A DNA stretch of 64,000 nucleotides from Eledone cirrhosa (taxonomy: Eukaryota), in the NCBI GenBank assembly GCA_964016885.1, contig OZ024745.1:28086001-28150000 (forward strand), in the 5' to 3' direction. Below, one piece after another: positions 1-12,349 of this stretch. The position numbers were made by a program, and so were the translations under genes. Positions within the stretch are counted from its first letter, which is position 1, and each line of letters opens with the position of its first letter. The notes beneath the pieces are model-generated. The model was not told the DNA's origin and did not search any database. It saw only the letters and a list, made by a program, of their open reading frames with translations.

Positions 1-111
1 GACTTCCGACAAGCACTCTCCAGGAGGATTTATAAGGACATCCTTCCTGAGGAGGCCACAAGCAGTGAAAAGGATGAAAAAACCGTCCTTCCCCTACGAG
101 AAGTAAGGTAA
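1..111 (+). CDS. C-terminal end of Tx1 ORF1 (B type), partial
   Basis: Frame 1 reads DFRQALSRRIYKDILPEEATSS...EVR*, homologous to the A-type ORF1 end DFRDLGGTINRRVYSDILLEEPTTS...KIR*. Confidence 0.8.
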   Translation, partial: DFRQALSRRIYKDILPEEATSSEKDEKTVLPLREVR

Positions 112-145
112 GTGGTCTTTCCCATCTTTTCCACTCCTTTTCAAC

Positions 146-3100
146 ATGACCTCACTCAGAATAGGCAGCATAAATGCGCGTGGCTTGGGGTCGTCATGGA
201 AGCAGGGCAACCTGCTCAACGACCTCAGGTCACTAAACATAGATGTAGTGGCCATCAGCGAGACCAGAATCTCCGAAGCACAGGCTTTCGCACCGATCTT
301 CGGCGGCTACGATGTGTACGCATCTCCCAGCCGTCCGGGATCGGGGGGAGGAGTTGCTGTGCTTTTTCGGAGAGGTTTGGATCTTGCCATACGGGCCATC
401 TTCCTGGACCCAGAAGGTAAGTTGGTGGTGCTGGACGTGACCAGCGGAGACGGTCAAGCTTTCAGGTTAGTGGCCGTCTATGCCCCGACAGGAGCAGGGC
501 GGCCTGATTTCTTCCGGCGTCTGGAGACCTTTCTTGGAACGTCCCGCTCTTTAGTGTTAGTGGGCGACTGGAACGGGATCTTAGATGCACGCAGGGATTG
601 TGTGGGATTAGTGGATAGGGAAGGAGGGTGCAAGAGTCTCACCAACCTGCTCAGACGTTTTGAACTGTCTGACAGGTACCGAATGGATTTCCCGAATGTA
701 CCTATGTGGACTTGGACAAATCGCATAGGGTCATCCAGATCATATCTAGATAGAGTATTTTGTAGGGAAATAGATAGGTCTAGCATAGGCTGTCCACAAT
801 TCAAGATAGTCAGCTACACGGACCACAAATTCGTGATCTGTGTGCTTGACTTAGATAGGCTTCATAGACGAGGACCCGGCTACTGGAAGCTAAACGCGTC
901 CTTACCAGCGCGCAAGGCCTACAGAGACCGGATTAGCGAACTAGTTAAGCGGGCGTTGACGGGGGCCATCGTCAATAACAAGTGGTGGTTTGCTCTGAAA
1001 AGAGCAATTAGAATAGAGTCAATTAGGTTTAGTAAGACTTTAGCAATAGAGAAAAATAGAGCAGAGGGAGAATTAGTTAGAAAATTAGATGAGGCGCTTA
1101 GCAAAGGCATCGCGACCGACGTACTTGCGGCGAAATTGGCCCTTGATCAATTCTTCAATGCAAAGCACGAAGGCTAAGTTGTCAGAGCTAGGGTGCGTGC
1201 TCTCAGACACGAGGGTACGAAAGCCGTTCATTGGGCCCGAGTGGTGGAGGCGCGCCGTGGCAACAAAGCCACGATCCGGTCTTTGGTGGACCACGACGGG
1301 CGCATGCTACTCGATCCCCGGCAAATGTGTGAAGCTTTTCAGCGACACTTCGCTCAACTGTTCGGGGGAAGTGGCGGGCCGGATCGAGGGATGGACTTTA
1401 GTGTCTACCTCGACGGACTGCCGCGGCTTTCGGCCACTGAGGCGGAGTGTTGCGAAAAGCCGATAACAACCGCTGAAGTAAGGGAGGCAATGACTAGTTG
1501 CACAAGGGGTAAATCGCCTGGTTTGGATGGTCTGCCCTATGAACTTTACGTACGAATGCCAAACTTGTTCGGAGGCCTCTTGGCGGACGTCTAGTGCAAC
1601 TGGCAACAGAACGGGAGAATTCCCAGCTCTGTGAGCCGAGGAGCGGTGGCGCTGCTGAGAAAGGATCCGAACAAGGGGGATAACATAGATAATTTTAGGC
1701 CCATAACTCTGCTAAACACAGAGTTCAAGATTTTGGCCAAGGTGCTAGCAAAGAGGTTGGCGCTTGTCGTTGGTGGTCTGGTGGGAGAGGCACAGACATG
1801 CGCCATTCCCGACAGATCCATTCACGACAACCTCCACCTCATGCGATACATCGTAGAGAGGGTAGCTAGGGAACCTGGCACGGGTGGGTCTTTGATCAAT
1901 TTAGATCAGTCGAAAGCCTTCGATAGGGTCGACCATCGTTACCTAGCGGCAGTCCTGAGGGCAGCTGGCTTTGGGCCCGTCTTCAGAGGCTGGATCGCTG
2001 CCATGCACGGCGACATCTGCTCTGTAGTGAGAGTGAACGGTCACCTTTCGGAACCGTTCAACATCATGCGCTCGGTCCGCCAAGGATGTCCCCTCTCGTC
2101 CCTATTGTACGTATTGACTCTCGAGCCATTACTGCACAAACTGGAGACGTTGAGGGGTGTCCCGCGCGAACTAGGATGCGGAAGATCCGTGTCAGCATAT
2201 GCCGACGATGTCACCGTAGTGGTGTCGAACGCCAAACACATCGAGGCGATCGGCACTACACTAAGAGAATACGAAGCGGTGACAGGAGCAATGATCAACC
2301 AGGAAAAGTCAGTGCGCCTGCAGCTCGGCACCTGGAGAGGCAGGTCCATGCCGTCCAACAGCGTCGTCGGGCGCTGGACAGACGGACCGGTTAAATTTCT
2401 AGGGGTCTGGTTCGGTCCAGACCTCCAGACGGACAAAAACTGGGACGAGGTGACGAGCAGGGTGGCTTCTCTCACCCAGAAATGGGCGGAGAGGAAGCTA
2501 TCCCTGAAAGGTCGAGCGGACGTGGCTAACGCGTACATCGCGTCCGTCATCTACTACCGCCTGACCGTCGTACCTTGTCCTAAGCCCCGCCTGACTGCGC
2601 TGGAGCGTTTGCTCTTTCGCTTCTTGTGGAAGGGACGCGCTCCGATGGTCAGGCGGTCCATCTGCTGTCAACACCCGCTACGTGGAGGGCTGGGCATGCC
2701 GTGGCTGATGATGCGCAGACACGCGCTCAGGCTACGACATCTCCACCTCTTCCTCGACGGTGATCAGGTGTGGTCGCCGTTTGCTAGACACGTTTTTCCC
2801 CAGCTCGTCTCCTTGACGGAGCTGCAGTCCTGGGTCAAGCGAAGACCGAGAGGGAGCGCTTGGAGACTGGAATTTCTTCAGGCGCTCACAGCCCTCGACC
2901 AATCGGGCAATGTGATCGGTGGAAACTCCACCTTGGCGTTATATAGGGGATTAGTGGAGGGGAAGAGCGACGACGTACTTGGAGAAACTCTAGGCGTCGA
3001 CGAAAATCAACTAGCCAATCTCTTCGGAAGGACTTTCGGGCCGGGGCCTATGGACAACTTCCAGAAATCCCTGGCCTGGCAGTGCTACCGGGGTGCTTTG

Positions 3101-3565
3101 CCAGTTCGGGATAAACTTTACAGGCATGGAGGTGCCGTCAGCCGGGCATGTCCGAGATGCGCACAGGGCGACGAAACCGTCCTGCACGCACTCGTCCAGT
3201 GTCCGAGCATTGCTGACTTGTGGGTTTATGTCGAACACCTGCTGTCACGTGTAGGACGGATCCAGCTATCAACTGAGTCTATCGTGAGGATTGCCCCGCC
3301 CTCTTCCTTTAGCCGGGAAGGGCAGGCAGTTTTTATCTGTCTGGTGGCCATGGCGAAAGAGATAGTATGGTGGACACGTTTGAAAGGGCTGAAGACGAGC
3401 ACTTACCTCTTCGGTGATGCCCTGATTAACTTTTTCAAATTTCATCTGAAAAGGAAAATCAGGGTAGAGAGGGAAGTGCTCTCTTCCCAGCATTTTGTTG
3501 AAAGATGGGTGAGAGAAGCAAGTATGGCCCGAATGAATGGGCCTTCTCTGAGTATGTGTCTGTAA
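146..3565 (+). pseudogene. Tx1 ORF2 (APE endonuclease, reverse transcriptase, C-terminal CCHC), two in-frame stops
   Basis: Same 3420-nt length as intact copy 3; stops at 1175-1177 (TGC>TAA) and 1592-1594 (TAC>TAG); motifs SINARG, ETR, GDWN, TDH, PGLDG, QGCPLS, YADD, CPRC-x8-H-x4-C. Confidence 0.95.
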
Positions 3566-4050
3566 ATTAAAGGTGGAAAACTGGGAGAGGGCACTTGCCC
3601 TGGTGGTCAGGGCCACTGTGGTTTTTAATGGGCTTTCTCCACAAATGTCCCTCGGAAGTCTCCCCCCTATTGGGGAATTTTTCTTTGTTATTTTATTTCA
3701 ACCTCCGTTTTTTTTTACACGCAGAAATGCCCATTTGTACCGTCCTGTATTGTCCTGTACTGTCCTTAATGTCTACTTTATGTTAACCCTTGTGGTTAAT
3801 AAAGAAAACATTATTATTATTATTATTATTATTGAATGCTATGGTTGACGGAGGCTCGGCTCTGTAAGGTACTGTAAATTTTGAACGCTTTAACAATTGT
3901 AAATTGTTTAAAACTTAGACCAACTTCTAGACAAAAATACCCTCCTCCTCGTGAGAGGGGTCTTTCTGCCCGTTATTTGGCCCTTCGGGGTTAAATAACT
4001 GCTTATTGGAGGTTTGTACCCAATATTTATTTTAAACAAAAAAAAACAAC

Positions 4051-6050
4051 ATGGCTACGAAAATGAATTTGCATAGGTCACTCCCACTCATTCCGTCTTC
4101 TTCTTCCTCAATCGTCACTACAGCAGAGAGAAGATTGTCTCTCTCCCTCCCTTCTTTAAATGTTTCTCTCTCCCTCCCTTCTCTTTCGCAAGTGACGAAA
4201 GAAAAGAAAAGTCTCGTGCAAAGCATGCAAGGTTTCTCCGCGACGACGACGACAGCGACGAAACAGGTGTGCGGGAAATACGAAAACCCAGTTCATTCGT
4301 CTGACGTCAGGAATAATAGCAGTAGCAGCCGTAATAACAACAGCAACAGTGACAATGAAAACAACAGTAGCAGCCGCAACAGCATCACCAGCAGCATAAA
4401 CAACAACAGCATTAGCAGCAGCAACACCAACAACAACCACAGCAACAGCGGCGAAGGCAGTAGTCGTAGTACTGCAGCAACAACAAAAGTAACAGCAGCT
4501 CTGACGACAACAACAACAACAGCAGCATAGAAAAACCAATCTCATTTGCAGGTATTGCGAAAAACTTGGAAACAATCCTCATAACAAATGAGGAATTAGA
4601 GGAAGCGAAGAAGATGGTGACAAAGAACGGACACCGAGCAATCTGCAAGGCAGCGGAAAAATTTTTCGAAACCCAAGAGCACTGTACGGTCACGTACCGT
4701 ACAGTAAGTACAAAATCCCGTAGGGTGGAAAGAGCCACAGAGGCCCAAATACAAAAAGCCTTGGGGTCTGTGTGGCAGCGGAAAACGCACATCACCCGAG
4801 GCAAAAAATATGCCACCGTAGACGTACTTTTTGCCACACCCCAGGAGGCAAAGGCCCAATCCGTAGTGACCCTAAGGAGCGAGGAAATGGTGTTGGTGCC
4901 CTCCTACTGCGGGCAAAAAATTGTGAGGGTCAAACTGACCCACGTCCCCCCAGGAATGGCCCCTTCTTGGCTGGCCGCGTCTGTCCTCGTCGGAATCGAG
5001 GACAAAACAACTGTACTGCAAGTACAGAAAATAGTAAGAGAAGATTGGGTCGGCACCTCCATTGAGATGCTAATCCAAACCAACCAGGAGTGCATCGAAG
5101 CTATCCCGGATGTGATAGACTTCGATAACGGCACTCAACTACCCATAAGTGTTGAGGGCAAGCGCCCGAAATGCTTTCGCTGTGGATCGAAGACTCACCT
5201 CAGGGCCTTCTGCAACGAGAAGACCCTGAGAAAGGAGAAAACCCCCCTCCTTCCGAATCCGGCTCCACGGCTACCAGCAACAGGACAAGCGGAAACCAGG
5301 AACGATAGGTCCGTGGCACCCATACCCACGCCACGGAAATCAAAAACAGCAGCAGCAGTGGAAATATTAACAACAACAACAGCAATACCAAATGCAGCTG
5401 CAACAGAGACTCCAGTGCAAACATCACCAACAACAACAAGTGAAAGAGTGGAGCTGGTACCCCTCCCCGACTTCACAGAATCAGACATGGAGTGTGAGGT
5501 GGGAGAGGGATGGCAAAAGGTCGTAAGAAGGCACAAACGCAGAAGCAGCGCATCGTCGCCTTTGAAAAGGGAAGAAAGAAATGAGAAAAGGGTAAAGTCT
5601 ACTGCAAAGAGACCCACAGCAGCAACAACACCAACACCATCACCACCCACACTAGCACCACCATCACCACCGGCGACAACCCCACCGCCAACAACACCTT
5701 CAACACAAGCACCAACATCGCAAACACAACAACAAAACACACACACCCAGCAACAACGACAACAAAATAGCAGAACCACACCCCACCCCCAGAAAAACAA
5801 ATGCACGGCAATAAATACACACAACAAGAAACTAATGACTTACATAATTGAACACACAGACATTTCACAACAGGACTACATAATACCAGCACCAATCAAA
5901 ACGCCAACTAACATAAGACTGCTAAAAATAGCACAGAAACAATACACAAACATTAAAACGAAATTCCCCAACGCAGTTGGTGATTTCAGGGACCTAGGAG
6001 GAACCATCAATCGAAGAGTATACTCAGACATTCTCTTAGAAGAGCCGACG
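4051..6050 (+). pseudogene. Tx1 ORF1 (A type), gag-like with CCHC knuckle; 1-nt frameshift near 4472, C-terminus deleted
   Basis: ORFs 4051-4530 and 4566-6131 join by comparison with copy 3; RPKCFRCGSKTHLRAFC = CX2CX4HX4C; N/S- and P/T-rich low-complexity tracts. Confidence 0.88.
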
Positions 6051-6060
6051 GAGAGGTTTG

Positions 6061-9000
6061 GAGAGGTTTGGATCTCGCCATACGGGCCATCTTCCTGGAC
6101 CCAGAGGGTAAGCTGGTGGTGCTGGACGTGACCAGCGGAGACGGGCAAGCTTTCAGGCTAGTGGCCGTCTATGCCCCGACAGGAGCAGGGCGGCCTGATT
6201 TCTTCCGGCGTCTGGAGACCTTTCTTGGAACGTCCCGCTCTTTAGTGTTAGTGGGCGACTGGAACGGGATCTTAGATGCACGCTGGGACTGTGTGGGATT
6301 AGCGGATAGGGGTGGAGGGTGCAAGAGCCTCACCAACCTGCTCAGGCGTTTTGAACTGTCTGACAGGTACCGATTGGATTTCCCGAATGTGCCAATGTGG
6401 ACTTGGACAAACCGCATAGGGTCATCCAGATCATATCTAGATAGAGTATTTTGTAGGGAAATAGATAGGTCTAGCATAGGCTGTCCACAATTCAAGATAG
6501 TCAGCTACACGGACCACAAATTCGTGATCTGTGTGCTTGACTTAGATAGGCTTCATAGACGAGGACCCGGCTACTGGAAGCTAAACGCGTCCTTACCAGC
6601 GCGCAAGGCCTACAGAGACCGGATTAGCGAACTAGTTAAGCGGGCGTTGACGGGGGCCATCGTCAACAACAAGTGGTGGTTTGCTCTGAAAAGAGCGATT
6701 AGAATAGAATCGATTAGGTTTAGTAAGGCTTTAGCAATAGAGAAAAATAGAGCAGAGGGAGAACTAGTTAGAAAATTAGACGAGGCGCTTAGCAAAGGCA
6801 TTGCGACCGACGTGCTTGCGGCGAAATTGGCCCTTGACCAATTCTTCAATGCAAAGCACGAAGGCTGCGTTGTCAGAGCAAGGGTGCGTGCTCTCAGACA
6901 CGAGGGGACGAAAGCCGTTCAATGGGCCCGAGTGGCGGAGGCGCGTCGTGGCAACAAAGCCACGATCCGGTCTTTGGTGGACCACGACGGGCGCATGCTA
7001 CTCGATCCCGGGCAAATGTGTGAAGCTTTTCAGCGACACTTCGCTCAGCTGTTCGGGGGCAGCGGTGGGCCGGGTAGAGGGATGGACTTTAGTGTCTACC
7101 TCGACGGACTGCCGCGGCTCTCGGCCACTGAGGCGAGGTGTTGCGAAAAGCCGATAACAGCCGCTGAAGTAAAGGAGGCAATGACTGGCTGCACAAGGGG
7201 TAAATCGCCTGGTTTGGATGGTCTGCCCTATGAACTTTACGTACAGATGCCAGACTTGTTCGGAGGCCTCTTGGCGGACGTCTACTGCAACTGGCAACAG
7301 AACGGGAGAATTCCCAGTTCTGTGAGCCGAGGAGCGGTGGCACTGCTGAGAAAGGATCCGAACAAGGGGGATAACATAGACAATTTCCGGCCCATAACTC
7401 TGCTAAACACAGAGTTTAAGATTTTGGCCAAGGTGCTAGCAAAGAGGTTGGCGCTTGTCGTTGGTGGTCTGGTGGGAGAGGCGCATACATGCGCCATTCC
7501 CGACAGATCCATCCACGACAACCTCCACCTCATGCGATACATCGCAGAGAGGGTAGCTAGGGAACCTGGCACGGGTGGGTCCTTGATCAATTTAGATCAG
7601 TCGAAAGCTTTCGATAGGGTCGACCATCGTTACCTAGCGGCAGTCCTGAGGGCGGCTGGCTTTGGGCCCGTCTTCAGAGGCTGGATCGCTGCCATGCACA
7701 GCGACATCTGCTCTGTGGTGAGAGTGAACGGTCACCTGTCGGAACCGTTCAACATCATGCGCTCGGTCCGCCAAGGATGTCCCCTCTCGTCCCTCTTGTA
7801 CGTATTGACTCTCGAGCCATTACTGCACAAACTGGAGACGTTGAGGGGAGTCCCCCGCGAACTAGGATGCGGAAGATCCGTGTCAGCATATGCGGACGAT
7901 GTCACCGTAGTGGTGTCGAACGCCAAACACATCGAGGCGATCGGCACTACACTAAGAGAATACGAAGCGGTGACAGGAGCAATGATCAACCAGGAAAAGT
8001 CAGTGGGCCTGCAGCTCGGCACCTGGAGAGGCAGGTCCATGCCGTCCAACAGCGTCGTCGGACGCTGGACGGACGGACCGGTTAAATTGCTAGGGGTCTG
8101 GTTCGGTCCGGACCTCCAGACGGACAAAAACTGGGACGAGGTGACGAGCAGGGTGGCTTCTCTCACCCAGAAATGGGCCGAGAGGAAGCTATCCCTGAAA
8201 GGTCGAGCGGGGGTGGCTAACGCGTACATCGCGTCTGTCATCTGCTACCGCCTGACCGTCGTACCTTGTCCTAAGCCTCGCCTGACTGCGCTGGAGCGTT
8301 TGCTCTTTCGCTTTTTGTGGAAGGGACGTGCTCCGATGGTCAGGCGGTCCATCTGTTGTCAACACCCGCTACATGGAGGGCTGGGCATGCCGTGGCTGAT
8401 GATGCGCAGGCACGCGCTCACGCTACGACATCTCTACCTCTTCCTCGACGGTGATCAGGTGTGGTCGCCGTTTGCTAGGCGCGTATTTCCCCAGCTCGTT
8501 TCCTTGACGGAGCTGCAGTCCTGGGTCAAGCGAAGACCGAGAGGGAGCGCCTGGAGACTGGAATGTCTTCAGGCGCTCACAGCCCTCGACCAATCGGGCA
8601 ATGTGATCGGTGGAAACTCCACCTCGGCGTTCTATAGAGGATTAGTGGAGGGTAAGAGCGACGACGTACTTGGGGAAACTCTAGGCGTCGACGAAAATCA
8701 ACTAGCCAATCTCTTCGGAAGGACTTTCGGACCGGGGCCTATGGACAACTTCCAGAAATCCCTGGCCTGGCAGTGCTACCGGGGTGCTTTGCCAGTTCGG
8801 GATAAACTTTACAGGCATGGAGGTGCCGTCAGCCGGGCATGTCCGAGATGCGCACAGGGCGACGAAACCGTCCTGCACGCACTCGTCCAGTGTCCGAGCA
8901 TTGCTGACTTGTGGGTTTATGTCGAACACCTGCTGTCGCGTTTAGGACGGATCCAGCTATCATCTGAGTCCATCGTGAGGATTGCCCCGCCCTCCTCCTT

Positions 9001-9256
9001 TAGCCGGGAAAGGCAGGCAGTTTTTATCTGTCTGGTGGCCATGGCGAAAGAGATAGTATGGTGGACACGTTTGAAAGGGCTGAAGACGAGCACTTACCTC
9101 TTCGGTGATGCTCTGATTGACTTTTTCAAATTTCATTTGAAAAGGAAAATCAGAGTAGAGAGGGAAGTGCTATCTTCCCAGCATTTTGTTGAAAGATGGG
9201 TGAGAGAAGCAAGAATGGCCCGAGTGAATGGGCCTACTCTGAGTATATATCTGTAA
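6061..9256 (+). pseudogene. Tx1 ORF2 lacking the first ~75 codons of the APE domain; RT and CCHC open
   Basis: 1062-aa ORF 6068-9256 nearly identical to copy 3 from DLAIRAIF onward; N-terminal SINARG/ETR motifs missing. Confidence 0.92.
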
Positions 9257-9549
9257 ATTAAAGGTGGAAAACTGGGAGAGGGCAATTGCCTTGGTGGTCA
9301 GGGTCATTGTGGCTTTTTACTGGGCTTTCTCCACAAATGTCCCTACGAAGTCTCTCCCCTATTGGGGAATTTTTCATTGTTATTTTCATTGTTATTTTTG
9401 TTACATCCTCTGTTTTTGTTTTTTACACGCAGAAATGCCCATTTGTACCGTCCTGCATTGTCCTGCACTGTCCTTAATGTCTACTTTATGTAAACCCTTG
9501 TGGTTAATAAAGAAATCATTATTATTATTATTATCATTATTATTATTAT

Positions 9550-9753
9550 GGGTAGTCGATTGGCAGTATCGGTAGAGGGTCGGACACCATGCTTTGATGC
9601 ATAGAGTAACGGCCTTTTCCAATCTGAGCTCAAATCCCGCCGAGGTTAACTTTGCCTTTCATCCTTACGGGGTCGATAAAATAAAGCACCAGTAATGCAC
9701 TGGGTAATTGCTGGCCTTGTGCCAAAAGTACAAACAATTATTATTATTATTAT
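9550..9753 (+). mobile_element. tRNA-derived SINE with (ATT)n tail
   Basis: A-box-like TGGCAGTATCGG, B-box-like GAGCTCAAATCCC, conserved body GCCTTTCATCCTTACGGGGTCGATAAAATAAAG, 3' CCTTGTGCCAAAAGTACAAACA(ATT)n; more than 10 copies in window. Confidence 0.85.
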
Positions 9754-9756
9754 GTT

Positions 9757-9982
9757 AGGACGGTGAATTGGTAATATAAGTAGAGAGGTAGGACAACATG
9801 CTTTGCAGCGTAGAGTTACGTCTCGTTACGTTCTGAGTTCAAATCCTGTCGAGGTTAGCTTTACCTTTCATCATTACGGGGTCAATAAAATATAGTACCA
9901 GCAATACACTAGAGTCGATTTAATTGATTTTCCTCTTCCTTTCAATTGCTGGTCATGTGCCTTAAACAAAAACAATTATTAT
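9757..9982 (+). mobile_element. Same SINE family, older/diverged copy, tandem to previous
   Basis: GAGTTCAAATCC B box, same body and 3' end. Confidence 0.8.
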
Positions 9983-10517
9983 GTTAGACGTTCTAACTCT
10001 CTTCTGTTAAGTAAATCATTCTTTCAAGACTTGTCAGAGGCAAGCTATTGCAACATCTTACAAATTATATCACTCTACTGATTACAACTTAATTCCACAA
10101 GTTAAATATGTTGATAATGAGAGAAAATAATTAACTATTGTTAAAATATTGGGTAAAAGATGAAAATTTTAAGCTTTTTTATGAGTATTTTTATCGGATA
10201 TTCCGTAAAACCATAATAGTTATTTTAATAGAAAAGAAAACTTTACAATTAATTTAATTAATTGAATATTTGTCATGAGATTTAAATAGAAAAATAGATA
10301 TTTACAATATAAAGGAAATATGTTTAGAAAGCGACGAATGCAGTTGGAAATTGAAATAGAAAACGATTGATGTAATTTGAACTCAAATCGAAGGGAAGTG
10401 AAACAAATAACACTTGATAAATAATTCAAGGCACTGACGATTTACTAATTTGCCGCCTTCAGCAAAGTTTATCACGTCTGAAAAAGTGTATCACGTCTTC
10501 TTGCTTCATTGTTTTAT

Positions 10518-10780
<263 letters not shown>

Positions 10781-11443
10781 ATCTATTTTTAGAATCGTTG
10801 AGCGATGAGAAATTTGAATTTGTAGGTTAGAAGCATCAATGTTTTTTGACCAGGATAAATAGTCTAAATTGGTTATATAAACCCTGGAGACGAAAAAAAG
10901 TTGTAGAGCGCCGCTAATATCTTTAATTTGGCAGTAGCACTGAGGCAGCGTTTACCAAATTGCACTCTCAACGCATTTTTCGGTTTGTAGTAGACGTTGC
11001 CTAAAGTATCGCACTATAGGATTGAACTTCTGAGGAAATAAAAAAATATTACTAAAATCAATGAAAAATAATGTGAACTAAGTGAGGCACTAGCTTATGC
11101 ATGCATTTATAGTAATTAACCAACATTCAGCTCTAATTACGTATTTCACTACATTCATTTGCTGTATTTGATTCTAAGAATGATATATTCCCAATGGTAA
11201 CTGGAGTAGGAAAATAATATTTTCTTTGAGTTGTCAGAATCTAAGTACATCTTAATATTTGATTATTCAAATATGATAGATTTATACAGAAAGGAGCATA
11301 GCAACCCAGTTTCCATCATTCTTCCATCAACAGTGAGCTTAATGGCAATAATGATTGTTTCAAACATTCTTACAAGAGCCAAAATTTAGGGGAGGGGAAA
11401 GTTGATTATATCAGTATCAGTACTATATTATTTTAGCGACCTT

Positions 11444-11637
11444 GGGCTGTGGATTGGCAGTGTCGGTAGAGCGTCAGACACCATGCTTTGTAGCAAAGAG
11501 TTATGGCCCTTTACGTTCTGAGTTCAAATTCCACCGAGGTTAGCTTTGCATTTCATCCTTACGGGGTCGATAAAATAAAGCACCAGTAATGCACTGGGAT
11601 ATTTGCAGTCCTTGTGACAAAAGTAGAAACAATTATT
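11444..11637 (+). mobile_element. SINE copy with 15-bp TSD, inserted into an older minus-strand SINE relic (~11350-11700)
   Basis: TSD ATTATTTTAGC(G/A)ACC at 11427-11441 and 11632-11646. Confidence 0.82.
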
Positions 11638-11880
11638 TTAGCAACCATTGAAGGAAGAAAGGTAAATTTGAACACTCTGGGTGGATCAAAGTAAAACTCT
11701 ATCCTGGGTAGGTCAACTAACAGCATATACAATTTCTGGTTTCATTATGGTTTCATTTTTTTTTTCCTTTTATAACAATCTGACGAAGAGAAAAGATCGT
11801 GTCTATGGTATCGGTGCCAGATCGAATGATGTTAGGTGAAAATTCGTATAATGAAGATATATATATCTATACATACACAA

Positions 11881-11944
<64 letters not shown>

Positions 11945-11955
11945 AATAATAATAA

Positions 11956-12043
11956 TTGTTTCTACTTTTGGCACAAGGCCAGCAATTGCCCAGTGTATTA
12001 CTGGTACTTTACTTTATCGACCCAGTAAGGATGAAAGGCAAAG
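11956..12043 (-). mobile_element. 5'-truncated SINE (3' half) between two (AAT)n tracts
   Basis: Reverse complement of SINE body and tail; truncated at CTTTGCC. Confidence 0.82.
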
Positions 12044-12086
<43 letters not shown>

Positions 12087-12349
12087 TTTCTTTATTAACC
12101 ACAAGGGTTTACATAAAGTAGACATTAAGGACAGTGCAGGACAATGCAGGACGGTACAAATGGGCATTTCTGCGTGTAAAAAAACAAAAACAGAGGATGT
12201 AACAAAAATAACAATGAAAATAACAATGAAAAAAAATTCCCCAATAGGGGGGAGACTTCGGAGGGACATTTGTGGAGAAAGCCCAGTAAAAAGCCACAAT
12301 GACCCTGACCACCAAGGCAAGTGCCCTCTCCCAGTTTTCCACCTTTAGT

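Larger units (their letters stand above)
1..3833 (+). mobile_element. Tx1-clade non-LTR retrotransposon, copy 1 (subfamily B), 5' part outside window
   Basis: ORF1 C-terminus (1-111) matches copy 4; 34-nt spacer; APE-RT ORF2; 3'UTR with AATAAA (3798-3803) and (ATT)n tail 3810-3833. Confidence 0.92.
3834..9549 (+). mobile_element. Tx1-clade retrotransposon, copy 2 (subfamily A), complete ends with internal deletion
   Basis: 5' end GAATGCTATGG matches copy 3 5' end; starts directly after the copy 1 (ATT)n tail; ends in (ATT)n 9518-9549. Confidence 0.92.
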
